Source: Eledone cirrhosa
Lineage: Eukaryota
Assembly: GCA_964016885.1 (NCBI GenBank)
Contig: CAXHJY010000705.1
Location: 18,731 to 82,730 of the forward strand
Reading direction: 5' to 3'
Length of the DNA: 64,000 nt
In this document: positions 1-14,039 of the stretch, piece by piece
Position numbering within the stretch: position 1 is the stretch's first letter
How the letters are laid out: the number at the start of each line of letters is the position of its first letter
Made by a program: the position numbers and the translations under genes
Notes under the pieces: generated by a model
Database searches by the model: none
The model's input: only the letters and a program-made list of their open reading frames with translations
What the model was told of the DNA's origin: nothing

Positions 1-141
1 TAAGAGAGTGGGACTGGCTTTGTGCAGTGCCTTTGCTCACTATAAAAGCTTCACGGCACAGGCATTGCTTTATATCTGGAGATCTCTCTGCACTTGTCGT
101 CACATGGTACCATGGGCCCAACACTATGTGTCAATAATTGT

Positions 142-279
142 CACAAGTGTAGTGTTTGTACCAGAGTTTTCAAGTCGCTGGCTGGACTAAAAAGTCACAC
201 TCGTTCAGCGCATCGGTAGGGGTTCTCCTACATGGATATAAAGTAGTGGCCGTACTCGAAAACGAGTTGGCAGCCACCA
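142..279 (+). mobile_element. 3' end of probable RTE-clade LINE (terminal C2H2 finger, short 3' UTR, TA tail)
   Basis: 142-219 translates [25 protein letters not shown] (CxxC..F..L..H...H), followed by a CTCG-aaaa-CGAG stem-loop and then (TA)n. Confidence 0.55.
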
Positions 280-289
280 TATATATATG

Positions 290-404
<115 letters not shown>

Positions 405-716
405 GTACATATATATATATGTGTGTGTGTGCGTGTGCGTCTTTGTGCGTCTTTGTGTGTCTTTGTGCGTATTTGTCATCTTCGGGGGGTTGTATACATT
501 ATAGAAAAATATCCGCAGATTTCTTAGGCAGTTCTTTACCAAACATATATGCCACTGATAGAAACACAAGAGAGCCCAGGGAATAGAAATATACGTATTC
601 ATACATAATATATACATCAATATAGAAGTAGATTTGCGTGACAAATTATCTGAAGTAACTTCATTGTAATTCAGCCCCGAAGTAATCTATTAATTTGTAA
701 CTTGTAACCTTGGCAC

Positions 717-868
<152 letters not shown>

Positions 869-958
869 GTATATATATATACATATGTATATATATGTAT
901 ATATGTATAATATATATATATATAATATATATATATATATGTATATATATATAATATA

Positions 959-1007
<49 letters not shown>

Positions 1008-1008
<1 letters not shown>

Positions 1009-1122
1009 GTTATTCCGGGTTGAAACGGAGGTAACCACAGTAAGTAAGGTACTCAATACATAGCAGAGTATAACAGTTTTAATATAGATGAGATTCTACA
1101 GGACTAGAACTGTTTCATTCAT
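1008..1122 (-). mobile_element. PLE-like terminal fragment, family A (truncated within hammerhead-like stem II)
   Basis: Nearly identical to 57895-58009; flanked by TA-rich repeats. Confidence 0.6.
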
Positions 1123-1188
1123 AAGATATATAATAAACTGTATATATATATATATATGTATATGTATATATATATATGTATATATATG

Positions 1189-1220
<32 letters not shown>

Positions 1221-1252
1221 ATATAAATATATACACACAATTATATGTATAC

Positions 1253-1288
<36 letters not shown>

Positions 1289-1291
1289 AAC

Positions 1292-1325
<34 letters not shown>

Positions 1326-1333
1326 AGGTAAGT

Positions 1334-1412
<79 letters not shown>

Positions 1413-1432
1413 ATATATATATAAGGTAAACC

Positions 1433-1508
<76 letters not shown>

Positions 1509-1511
1509 AGT

Positions 1512-1576
<65 letters not shown>

Positions 1577-1689
1577 TGTATGTACGTGTCCAACAATGTA
1601 ATCTAGGATATAGAGAACTAGTATTTCCTACCAAAGAATTGTCTTCACGATAACACTTTCAAACATTATATGTTACTTGAGACACAGCC

Positions 1690-1791
1690 ACTACTACTAC
1701 TATTACTACGACTATTACTGCTGCTACTACTACTACCACTACTACTACTGCTGCTACTACTTCTACTACTACCACTACTACTACTACTACA

Positions 1792-1857
<66 letters not shown>

Positions 1858-2026
1858 GCTGCTGCTGCTACTACTACTACGACTAAAAATACTACTACTA
1901 CTGTTACTACTTCTACTACTACTATTTATACTACTGCTACTACTACTGCTACTACTACTACCTCTACTGCTGTTACTACAACTACTACACCTACTACTAC
2001 TACCTCTACTGCTGCTGCTACTACTG

Positions 2027-2057
<31 letters not shown>

Positions 2058-2167
2058 ACCTACTGCTACTACTACTACTACTACTTCTATGTATACTACT
2101 GCTAATACTACTACCTCTACTGCTGCTACTACTACTACACCTACTACTACTCCTACTGCTACTACAC

Positions 2168-2210
<43 letters not shown>

Positions 2211-2235
2211 CTCTACTGCTTCTACTACTACTGTT
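1690..2235. repeat. (CTA)n imperfect trinucleotide microsatellite
   Basis: Direct inspection. Confidence 0.95.
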
Positions 2236-2455
2236 CCCTCTGCTGATCGTGTTACTATTGTTGCAGTAGCAGTATTTGTTACTGTTACCGCTATCGTTGT
2301 TGTAGTTGTCGGTAATGTGACTTTCGAGTTAGTCAAATATCCGCCATCTTCTAATATACGCCATTAAAAGCATTCCAAACTTATCCGATGTCGGTTTGGA
2401 TTATCAATATATTTTTTTCCGATCCACTTTAATACAGAAATACATAACATGCTTG

Positions 2456-2490
<35 letters not shown>

Positions 2491-2503
2491 CTGTGTGTGT
2501 GTG

Positions 2504-2570
<67 letters not shown>

Positions 2571-2586
2571 ATGTGTGTGTATAATT

Positions 2587-2654
<68 letters not shown>

Positions 2655-3271
2655 TGTGTGTGTATATATGTCTGTGTGTGTATATATACATATACGTATA
2701 TAATTATACACACGTATATATATATGTATACATATTTATATATATACATATGTGTGTGTGTGTGTATATATATCTATATATGTGTGTGTATGTGTATGTT
2801 GTTAAAAGCTAAAGATGAAATATAAATATATATTTATGTGCGTGTTCTTGTGTTTATTTGTGTGTATTTGTGTTTATGTGTGTGTGTGCCTTTGTTCGTG
2901 TATGTGTGTGAGTGTATACACATATATATATATATATATACCTAAATATATATGTAACTTTTAGCTTTATTCCAATAGAAATTGATGGATATATATATGC
3001 ATATTTGAAAAAATGAGGAAATTTCGTTTACATGTATTAGATTTGTATTGTATATATATATAAGTATATGTGTGTGTGTGTATGTGTATGCATGTATGTA
3101 TGTGTGTGTTTTTGTGTGGGTGTGTCTACATGTGTGTATATATCGGTATAAATACATATACACGTTTTTTTTTCTATGTTCGTTTTAATAGAACAACATA
3201 TATCATTCATTTATTTATAGCATATAAACATACATCTTTATATACATATGTAGATATATATAAATAAATAA

Positions 3272-3402
<131 letters not shown>

Positions 3403-3472
3403 TCTATACATATGTATATACATATATATATACATATACATACACAAACAAATTCATATATATATATATATT

Positions 3473-3570
<98 letters not shown>

Positions 3571-4369
3571 CATTTTATTGATCACGAATATATATAGTTT
3601 TTAGTTAATGTTATGGAACAAAAAAATATTACCGTTGAGAATATTTTTCTAATAGTCGAAGGCACGATATTCTATACAAGTGTATGTATATCGTTATATA
3701 ATATATTTATATATATACATTCTTGTATGTGTCTACGCAAATGTATATGTAGGGGTATAATCGCTTACATATCATTTTTTGTTCGCTTTTTGTTGTTAGA
3801 TTTTTTCGTCTATCTGTTTCTTTCTTTGCTTTTTCATACAATATGCAGTTGGAAATAATGATATTTCTACATTTGAGTGGTTTGATATAAAAGTACAGTT
3901 GGCACACAGAATATATAAGTAAATTTAAAAGCTGTATGATATAGTGTATGAACAGATGTTTAAGATGAGATGATCAGATGTAAGCTGTACTCTGGTATGG
4001 TTTAAATGACGCAAGTTAAAATGGCGGCCGTGGTGTTATTTTAATAACGTGGATAGACGGACTGAGTTTTGAACGTTGTATTTTATGAATGGCGTTTTCT
4101 TCTTCAATATTTGCAATTATACTTTTCCAATAAATCGAGATAAATCTAGCGGGAGCAAAGACAACAACAATGAAAACGAATGCAACAACAACAAGAATAA
4201 CAACTGAAGATAAGTACAAATGCAACAACAACACGAACAGCGACAAGAACTTCAACAAAAGACGAGAAACAATGCAACAACTACAACATCAATAATAACA
4301 ACAAAAGTTATGAATGCACCAAGAAAAAGATCAACAACAACAGCGACAAGAACAACAAAAGATGAGAAC

Positions 4370-4840
4370 AAATGCAACAATAACAACAACAATAACGACA
4401 TGAGCTACAACAACAACAGTAAAATCAATAACAACAACAACAATAGCATCAACAACAACAGCAGCAACAGCAACAGCAACAGTAACATCAATAACAACAA
4501 CAACAGCATCAACAACAACAGCAACAACAACAACAACAACAGCAACAACATTAACAAAAACAACAACAACAATAACAGCAACAACAACAATAACAACAAC
4601 AGCATCAACAACAACAGCAACAGCAGCAACAGCAACAGTAACATCAATAACAACAACAACAACAGCATCAACAACAACAGCAACAACAGCAACAACAGCA
4701 ACAGCAACAAAATTAACAAAAACAACAACAACAATAACAGCAACAACAACAATAACAACAACAGCATCAACAACAACAATAACAGCAACAACAACACCAA
4801 TAAAAACAACAACAAGTACAGCAACAACAACAGCAATAAA
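4370..4840. repeat. (AAC/AGC)n imperfect microsatellite
   Basis: Direct inspection. Confidence 0.9.
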
Positions 4841-5734
4841 GTATAGAAAGGGGACGAAAATCCGAAATTACGGCTTAGATTCCTACCGCTATAGAGTTTC
4901 TACTTATATACACCGGATATCCGTTTAATAATTACTGTTCTGTTGAGTGTATTATCACACATGAGCTACTGCGGCTGCACATTGAAGAGACGTGTGTGTT
5001 GATATATCAATCGTTATACGTATGTCTATATATTTGTGTGTGTGTGTGTGTTTGTGTTTGTGATTGTGTGTATCCTGGTGTGAGTGTACGTGTGTGTGTT
5101 TGTGTCTTCTCGCGTGTGTGTATGTGTGTGTATACGTGTGTGTATGTGTGTTTGTGTAAGGTTTTGTGTATGTGTGTGTGTGTCCTGGTGTGCGTGTATG
5201 TGTGAGTATCTGTGTGTGTGTGTTTCTGTAAGTGCGAGTCCTCATGTGCGCGTATATGTGTGTGTGAATATTGCGGTATGTATCTCTGTGTGTCCTTGTG
5301 TGCGTGTATGTGTGTGTGTTTGTGTAAATGTGTGACCTCATGTGCGTGAATGTGTGTATGTGCCTGTGAATATGTGTGTGTACATGTGTGGGTGTATGTT
5401 TGGGAATGTGTGTGTCTGTCTGTGTGTGTATAGGTGTGTTCGCGCATGTGTGTCCTCGTATGCGTGTCTAAGCGTATGTGAGCTTGTGAATGTGTGTGTG
5501 TATGTGTATCTGCATACGTCCCTATGTATCTGTGTATAGCAACCATAGCCACGGCCAAATTTAATAGGGGGCAAAGGGGTAACTTTCTCCATGTCCACTG
5601 CAATGAGGCCCCACCAGTGACGACCGTAGCAATTTATTTGTGCCCTCAGCTGTGCTTTTTTTTTTAGGATGGTTAGAATTTTTTAATTTAATACCTGTAT
5701 GTTTATATTTTCAATTACTTCGCCAAGCGAACTT

Positions 5735-5765
<31 letters not shown>

Positions 5766-6249
5766 ACTCGGGGGAGGTGTATTCCAGTTTTTTTATGTGG
5801 GAGGGGTCCGCTCAAATCGGAAGTCCTCCGGGCTTCCTAAGGTCTAAATCCAACCCTGACTATAATCGTGTAAGTGATGGTCTGTAGACAACAGGAATAC
5901 GGAAACTCACCGAATGAACCTTATCTGTATATCAAAGGTGTGACTTTGCCAAGTAGCAGATATCAATTTTTTACTTCATATAAGGATTACTTGAAGTGGT
6001 AATGGTGCAATACGCTGCCATTCCTTACCCTTCATTAATGAGTAGGTCGTTCATTGGATCAAACAAATGGATACGCCTATGGACTTCTCGGTGGGAGAGA
6101 CCATTTTGACATAGTTGATCTCCATGGGGTAAATTTTTTTATTTCCTACAATATATATAGAGAGAGAGAGAGCGAGAGAAGAAGAGAGAAATGTGTGTAT
6201 GGATGCATGTGAATGAAGGGCTCATTCTACTGACATGGCTATAAAATTG

Positions 6250-8520
6250 AGGCTTGTTTGCGAGGCCCAGGTGTTTTCGCAGCAGAACGACAACCTCACC
6301 CCCCACCCTCCACCCCCGGCTGACAGAGAGATGCATAGATCTCAAAGTCGTCGAAGATGGGGGCCAGTTGGTGCTCGCTGCTGATCCTGGACTCGCAAAT
6401 AGCTATTACATCCATTCTGTGCGACCTGAGGTCATTTAAGAGTTTGCCCTGCTTCCAGGACATACCCAGGCCGCGCTCATTTAAACATCCAACTCTTATA
6501 ACAGCCATGTTGGTGGTGAAGAGTTCAAGAGGTTAAAAAGAAAAGACACCTACCTCTCCGTCTCCTGGGGACCAGGCTGCATAATTTCCATGGGGGTGTT
6601 GGAGGAATTGTTTGGTGGGGTCGTGGTTTGGCGTGTGGTGGGGACATCAGTGTGTGGTGGTGTGTTTTGGGGGGGGATGTCTTTGAAACATTTCAAAAGG
6701 ACGCGGTTGGAAGGTCTGGTACAGGGGTTCCTCGCGTCCTCGGAAAAGTTTTGTTTGAGCAATGCGTAGGTGTCCCTTGGGACCCTAATCATTTTAAATG
6801 CGGTTTATTCGCCGCGTTGGTGAACATTTTCCCTTCGGTTTCCACCGAAGGGTCTTTGTCTATTGTTTGTACAAGTGTTTTGTTGTTTGTGTTGATGTAT
6901 AATGTTTTTGTTGTGTTGTGTTTCTTTTTGTTTGTTGTTCTTGTGTGTGCTTGTTCTTGTGTGTGGTTGCGTTTTGTAGTATGTGTTATGTTTTCGAGAG
7001 GGGTGGTTTTTGTTTGTGCTGGTGGTTGTGTGTTTGTTGGATTTTTGTTAATGTGTTGCCTTCTTTTCTTTCTTTTTACTGGTTGAAAGGGGTCTCCCTC
7101 GTCGTCACTGGGTGACGTTGATAAGGGGTTCTCGTCCGTGTTGTTGGGGAGAGGTATATTTTGGAGTTTTGTTGTGGTTGCGGGCGCTTTTGTATTTGTT
7201 TTAGGTGAAGAGGGGTTGGGTGGGACAGTGTCTTGTGTTGTTATTTTTTCGTGTTGTTGTGGTGGTGGTGGTGGTTGTGTTGTGTTCGGGGTTGGCAGAA
7301 GAGCCTTTTTTGACTCGTTAATTGAGGACAGGCAGCCCTCAGGTGACCCCTGCTTAAGCAGTGGTAACATGACGGCCGCCTACCCTCAACTGAAATGTTT
7401 ATATAGGTTAGCCCGTCCAGAGGTACGCGTTGTGGGATTTTAGCTATTTATGCTGGGCTCAATTGAACCAGAACTTCTACGCTAGTCCCAATAAATACAC
7501 ATCTGGAGGACTTTCCTACTGAGATTATTCTGTCTTCATCAAAATCAATGAATCCACATAGTATCTACCAAATATTTACATTTGGTGTGATACTCATAAT
7601 TTTTATTTTTTGTGCCATTTTTCCCCTGTATGTGAGGAAAAAGGTGAAACGGGGGGACACAATGGGTGATACAGCGTATGTTTGTGCCGTTGGCTGGTCA
7701 TTTATTAGCACCGAAATGCTACCAAACAGTTTTCCTCTTTGGATGAATGTTATGTCCTTCATTGCATCTTTTAGAACCAGCTCATTTTCATTTTGTGATA
7801 ATTGAGCTGGTTTTCTAGTTGCGTTTGATATCATCCTGAAAACCACAGTTTTCAGGTCAGTCTCTCTACGTAATACCTGGAGAGAATTGATGCTAAAAGC
7901 ACCGTTTTGTCCAAAAGTTACATATTGTTTTGCATCTTGGAGTAGCTGTTTTGCGTTAGTGATGTAATTGGAGTGTATAGTTCTGTTTTTTTTACAGTTT
8001 GTGCGAACGACGTTTTGGTGTTGCTGCTTTCTTGTTGCTGTTGTTGTTGTCACTTTTGTTGATGTTGTTCATATTTTCCTTGGTGTTGGTGTTGTTATTG
8101 TTGCAGATGTTGGTTGTGGTGTTATTGTCATTGTTCTTGTTGTTGATGCTGGTATTATTTACCGGGTTTGGTTGCGTGGTTGCAATATATACAACGTTTT
8201 TCGATAAGGCGGGAGGGGGGGTGGGGGCTGCAAGCTTTGTACTTCTACCTTCCCTCCATCACTTTTCTTAGTGGGTGTGGCACTCACTACAGTGTGAGAG
8301 GTTGAAATGGCACGCATTACTAACTAACAAGTCTATGCAATTTTTTCAGATGAAAATTTCGCCCCAAAAAGAGCGAAAATTAGTTAACCCAATGTCTGAA
8401 GTTTAAGGCCAGGGGTTAAACTAAACAATAATAACAAATTCAACAATAAACTCACAGATTTTTGTACAATAATCCGTAAACAATCCGGAGCGAAGTAATA
8501 CACGTCTACCAATCATGAAG
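6250..8520 (-). mobile_element. Tx1-clade LINE, 5' part (5' UTR, broken ORF1, start of ORF2); 3'-truncated
   Basis: ORF pieces 7565-8053, 6789-7370 and 6550-6792 match ORF1 of the 51.6-57.4 kb element (e.g. DAKQY, KKALLPTP, PSVETEG..HPHLK, PMEIMQP..ETER). 6296-6508 MAVIRVGCLNERGLG...ASLCQPG matches the ORF2 N-terminus. The 5' end abuts TATCTATCTA/CT-rich DNA. Confidence 0.9.
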
Positions 8521-9426
8521 GTAGATAGATAGTGAGAAAGAGACAGAGAGAAAGAGGTATTGAGTGTCAAATTCTGCGCTTACATGCGAGAGTGACTGTT
8601 CATGTGTGTGTGTGCGTGTGTGGTGTCGTGTGGTGTGTTGTGTTGTGGTGTGTTGCGGTGTGATGTGGTTTGGTGTGGCGTAGTGTGGTGTGGTGTTGTG
8701 TGGTGTTGTGTGGTGTGGCGTGGTATGGCGTAGTGTGGTGTAGTGTGGTGTGGTGTGGTGCGGTTTGGTGTGGTATAGTGGCGTTAGCGATTCCATTGAA
8801 ACATTCTAACTTAAATAAATAAGCATGCAAAAGGACCGGAAAGATAAGATAAGAAGAAGACGATAAAATTATTGGTAAAACATCGTTATATAAAGAAGAA
8901 AAAATATTTAAAATTATATAAAGGAAAATAATTATATCGAATCAAGAAAATAAATTGTATTTTGTCTATTTTGTGTATTTTTATTGGTCTATTTTCTCTC
9001 CTTTGTCTGCAGGGCCTTGCGATGCTCTCCACAAATATTGACGTAAATATGGCGGACTTAAAGAAAATCGCCGCGGCAATAATTGACAGATAAGCTTAAG
9101 AAAAAGATGGACGTTCTCAATAACAAACCTGACGTCATCAACAAGCTAACATGAGAATTGAGGTCTCTACGTAGTTGTTTTACTTGATTTAAATATTATA
9201 CTATATTATGCTGTAATATACTATGTTATATTATATTATATTATATTATATTATATTATATTATATTGTAATATACTATGTTATATTATATTTTATTATA
9301 TTATACTATAATATTATGATTTATATTATAATTATATGTTATATTATATTATATTATATTATATGATTTATATTATAATCATGATATATGTTATACTAAC
9401 GTATATTACATTATATTATAATATAG

Positions 9427-9615
9427 TGCGGTGAATCGGCAGTATCGGTAGATGGTCGGACGCCATGCTTTGACTCATAGAGTTACGGTCCTTTCCATTC
9501 TGAGTTTAAATCCCGCCAAGGTTAACTTTGCTTTTCATCCTTACGGCGTCGATAAAGTCAAATACCAGTAATGGACTGAGTAATTGCTGGCCTTGTGCCA
9601 AAAGTAGAAACAATT
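9427..9615 (+). mobile_element. tRNA-derived SINE with Deu/Nin-like core
   Basis: B-box-like GAGTTTAAATC, core CTTTTCATCCTTACGGCGTCGATAAA..TACCAG, tail GGCCTTGTGCCAAAAGTAGAAAC; many copies in the window. Confidence 0.85.
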
Positions 9616-10323
9616 ATATTAGAATATAGTATATTATATTGTAATATATTATATTACATTGTATTATATATATACTAGCAGAAAAACCAACCTCGGGTGG
9701 TTTTCTGCTAGCATGTGTAGTGTGTATATTGATATTATACGCAGGTATATATACATGTAGATACGATACATCAAATAAAATCGTAATTGAAAAATATATA
9801 ATACATAGAAATTGAATGAAGACTGCGTTACACTGTCTTATGTAATCAGTAACGTAATCCATAATACATAAAAAAAGACGATATTATATATAAACTACAT
9901 TAGGAGAAAATTAGTGACAGAAATTTAGTATGTTTATTTAAGCGATGGCCAACCGGAAGTGTTGACATTTGAACATTTTAAAGAAGTGAATCTTTAAATA
10001 AACAAAATATATTTAATCAACAGCCACGAAATTTAGTAGATAAATTATGTAATAGTCATTAATTATTTATTCAAAGTAATCCATCTTATTTTACTTAATG
10101 GGCTAAAAAAGTATAAACCGTACGCAGTCCCGCGCTCCTTACTTTATTATAGTTTTGATTATATTGTAATTTATTATAATATATTATATTATAACTGAGT
10201 TTTGTAGCTTGCCTAAAGAATTGTTAAACAGGAAATACAAATTTAAATTTGAAAACCAAAACAATACGTTATGAAAAACGTTAAATTGCCAATATAACAA
10301 AAGAATCTTACATTAGCAAATTT

Positions 10324-10501
10324 AATTGTTTCAACATGTGGCACAAGGCCAGCAATTACCCAGTACATTACTGGTACTTTATTTTATCGACCTCGTAAGG
10401 ATGAAAGGCAAAGTTAACCTCGACGGGATTTGAACTCAGACCGTAAAGGGACATAACTATGGTGGAAAGGATGGCGTCCAACCCTCTACCGATACTGCCA
10501 A
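10324..10501 (-). mobile_element. SINE copy (same family)
   Basis: Reverse-complement match to 9427-9615. Confidence 0.85.
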
Positions 10502-10689
10502 AGCAAATTTAATATTATATTATATTATACTATACCATTATTTAAGGATATATTTATGAATCCTTAACGAATTCTTTCTAAAATTGCCACATAGTATACA
10601 GCTTAAGGTAAGGGACAACTCAAGGATCACGCCAGACACACAAAAGTGAATACATATATATATATATATATGTATATATATATCTATAT

Positions 10690-10815
10690 ATAAGTAGAAG
10701 AGATATTCAATTCGTTGGTAATTCAACAAAAAATAAATGTTTATAACTGATTCAGAGCACTCAACAGTATTTCTGGAGTATAATACACAATGATATTGAA
10801 TAAATGGAAACTATA
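10690..10815 (-). mobile_element. PLE-like 3' tail fragment in (TA)n
   Basis: Carries the GCACTC...GAGTAT hairpin also seen at 19306; shares AAATGGAAACTATA with the hammerhead-bearing piece near 16996. Confidence 0.45.
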
Positions 10816-10874
10816 TTATATATATATATATTAGAATGCTATTGAAGTGTGTATACATTTTTTCGGAACACCCT

Positions 10875-10929
<55 letters not shown>

Positions 10930-11446
10930 CAATCATTTCGATTCTCCCACCAGCACCCTCCCTTGACAAACTAGAGGTCGCTCTTTCTTCCTCATATGAC
11001 GTCACTACCTAGTGTAACCTCTATAGGCTTGTAGTAGTCGGCTGCGATTCACTGAGCAAAAAAAATAGTCAAAATCGCCTCATCACAGCTTTTATCATCC
11101 ATGGAAGAAGTAAATGAAATATTTTCTGGCAGCGTACTCGTTGCAGTTAACAGATTACCCCTTGCACCTGTTGCAGTAGTGTGCATTTGCAGAAATTCAT
11201 ATTAAGTCCAAGACTTATTCCTAGTCGTGCTGCTCCATTAAAAATATATATTTGGTTTAGGACTCCCAGTATTTTGATCGCATCTGCCTTCAAAGTATCA
11301 TATAACAAATAGTTTATTGCTCTACATGGTTGAATACAATAAATAATATTCGATTCGTTTGTAATTATGCAAACAACAGTCTCTTTAAAGCCATGTCAAT
11401 AAAATGACACCCTCATCCTTGCTCTTGTGTTGGTATGTAGATATTT

Positions 11447-11645
11447 ATTTAATATATAGGAATGGCTTCTACAGGATTAGAACTGTTTCATTCGAAGAAT
11501 ATTATCAGGAAAGTTCTCCTGATAATTTCCTTCGAATGAAACAGTTCTAGTCCTGTAGAAGCCATTTCTTTATATTAAAAAATTATACTCTGCTATGTAT
11601 TGAGTGCCTTACTTACTGTGGTTACCCCCGATTGAACCTGGGATA
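11447..11645 (+). mobile_element. PLE-like fold-back element, family A (diverged copy)
   Basis: Imperfect inverted repeat ~11448-11510/11517-11579 with a CTGATAA...GAAAC core, then a tail homologous to 57895-57960. Confidence 0.65.
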
Positions 11646-11648
11646 CAG

Positions 11649-11716
<68 letters not shown>

Positions 11717-11724
11717 ATATACAT

Positions 11725-11755
<31 letters not shown>

Positions 11756-12239
11756 CAAACACAAACAAACAATCCCCTACATACATAGATACATACATAC
11801 ATACATATATACATACACACACACACACACATATATATATACAAACACAAACAAACAATCCCCTACATACATAGATACATACATACATACATACATATAT
11901 ACATACACACACACACACGTACACAAGTACATACATATATACATACACACACACACACATACACATACATACGTATATACATGTATACATACGTGCATGC
12001 CTAAAACTTAAAAAAGTTAAGAAATGAATCGCAAAAATAGAATGTTTATAGAAAATTATTACAGAATTCTAGAAGAAAGATTTTTTTTCTGTTGTATTTG
12101 TTTTTAATTTTATTTTTTGTTTTTTTATTTTTTTCTTAAATTGTGATCTTCACTTCGATTTCTTCCATGTTGCCAATCCTTTTGGTTAATGGAACTAAAT
12201 TGGAAAAGCTGCATTAAACACGATGATAATGTTGACATC

Positions 12240-13790
12240 AAGCATATAATCATCATCATCAACATCAACATCATCAACACTACCACTAACATCACAACTG
12301 CCAATACTAACAATGCAGTCATCACAATCACTACTATAACCCCTCCCCCCCCCCCTCCATATCCATCACCCCTACCATCACCACCAACACGACCACCAGT
12401 ACCACTGTCACCACCACCACCATCACCACCATCACCAATACCATATGCATCACCCCTACCTTCACCACCAACACCACCACCATCACCACCATCACAACCC
12501 CCACCACCACTACCATATCCATCACCCCTGACTTCACCACCAACACCACCACCATCACCACCATCACAACCCCCACCACCACTACCATATCCATCACCCC
12601 TGACTTCACCACCAACACCACCACCATCACCACCATCACAACCCCCACCACCACTACCATATCCATCACCCTACCACCACCCCCACCACCACCACCATTA
12701 TATATTCTACAAACATCCCAACCATCATCACTATCACCATCATCACTATCACTACCACCACCACCACCACCACTACCACCAGCACCACCACTACCACCAC
12801 AACCAGCGCCATTAATTTCACCACCACCACCATCACTATCACCACCTCCGACACCACAAACACCATCATTATCACCACAAACACCATCACTATCACCACC
12901 ACCACCACCACCACCGTCAATATCACCACCTCCAACACCACAAACACCATCACTATCACCACCACCACCATCACCACCACAGCCACCAGCTCTGGGATTT
13001 GAACTCAGAATAAAAAGGGACGTAACTATATGCCACAAAGCATGCTGTCCATCGTTCTACCGTCACTGCTAACTCGAAGCTAACTTGTCTGGGATTTGAA
13101 CTCAGAATCGAAAGGGCTCACTAATCTCCTTAATCCATCAACGTTGTATATAAAGTTGAAAATATAGAGATTGTAAATTATAGAATGTAATGGTGTAACA
13201 ACTGACGTTTAAACAGGTTGGAGGTATAACTACAGGTGGAGGATAGGAAAGCAGGGGTGGGGGTATGTGAGTGGCGGTGTAGGTAGGTGTTGGAATTGGG
13301 GGTTGTGGATGGGTGTGGGTGGGTGTATGTGGAGGTAGAGGGTGGAGGCGGTGGTGGTGGTGTAGGTGGTGGTGTAGGCGGTGATGTTGGTGTAGGTGTG
13401 GGGGTAAGCGATGGTGGCCGTGTAGATGTCGGTGGAGGCGGTGGTAGTGGTGTAGGTGTGGGTGGAGGTGGTGGTAGTGGTGTAGGTGTGGTGTGGGTGG
13501 TGGAGGTAGAGCGTGTAGTAGGGGGTGTATGGGGTGGTGTGGGTGGTAGATGTGGGTGGAGGTGGTGGTGTGGGTGACGGTGGGGGTGTAGGTGGAGGTG
13601 GAGGTTGTTGTGTAGATGGAGGCAGGGGTGAAGATGAAGTTGAGGTTTAGGCTGAGGAGTAGGTGTAGATGGAGGTGGAAGCGTAGGTGAAGGTGGAGGT
13701 GGAGATGATGCTGAGGAGTAGGTGGAGGTAGAGGAGGAAGTAGAGATGGAGGTGGCGGTGGAGGTGGACGTGTAGGTGCTGGTGGAGATA
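12240..13790. repeat. (CAC/CAT)n and (GGT)n low-complexity tracts with SINE head fragments at ~12991-13118
   Basis: Direct inspection; GGGATTTGAACTCAGA occurs twice. Confidence 0.85.
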
Positions 13791-14039
13791 TAGGCGAATG
13801 TGAAGGTGTAGGAATACTAAGTGTCCAAATTAGTGATTGATTTATCACTACTTCAATTTGAAAGACGAGAGATGATGAACGAGAAATTATATGTAACGAT
13901 GTTGCGAGAATAACGCGCAATCTCACACGAGATGAAGCATTGCGCATTAGAAATTTCTCATTTTCTATACCACAGAATCATCATCATCATCATCATCATT
14001 ATAATAATCAACTTCATCATCATCATCAACATCAACATC

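Noticed and set aside
142-219. Host C2H2 zinc-finger gene
   Set aside because: Single terminal finger with no TGEKP linker, stops upstream in frame, and a LINE-like 3' end follows.
8990-9150. Polypyrimidine-CAG acceptor followed by short unique sequence with CRE and YY1-like motifs
   Set aside because: All three frames stop within 27 codons with no recognisable homology; an exon or promoter cannot be supported from sequence alone.
9427-9520. tRNA-like A/B boxes
   Set aside because: SINE heads; no cloverleaf.
9675-9711. Small hairpin CTAGCAGAAAAACC..GGTTTTCTGCTAG
   Set aside because: Real but isolated; possibly a Helitron or MITE terminus, insufficient to call.
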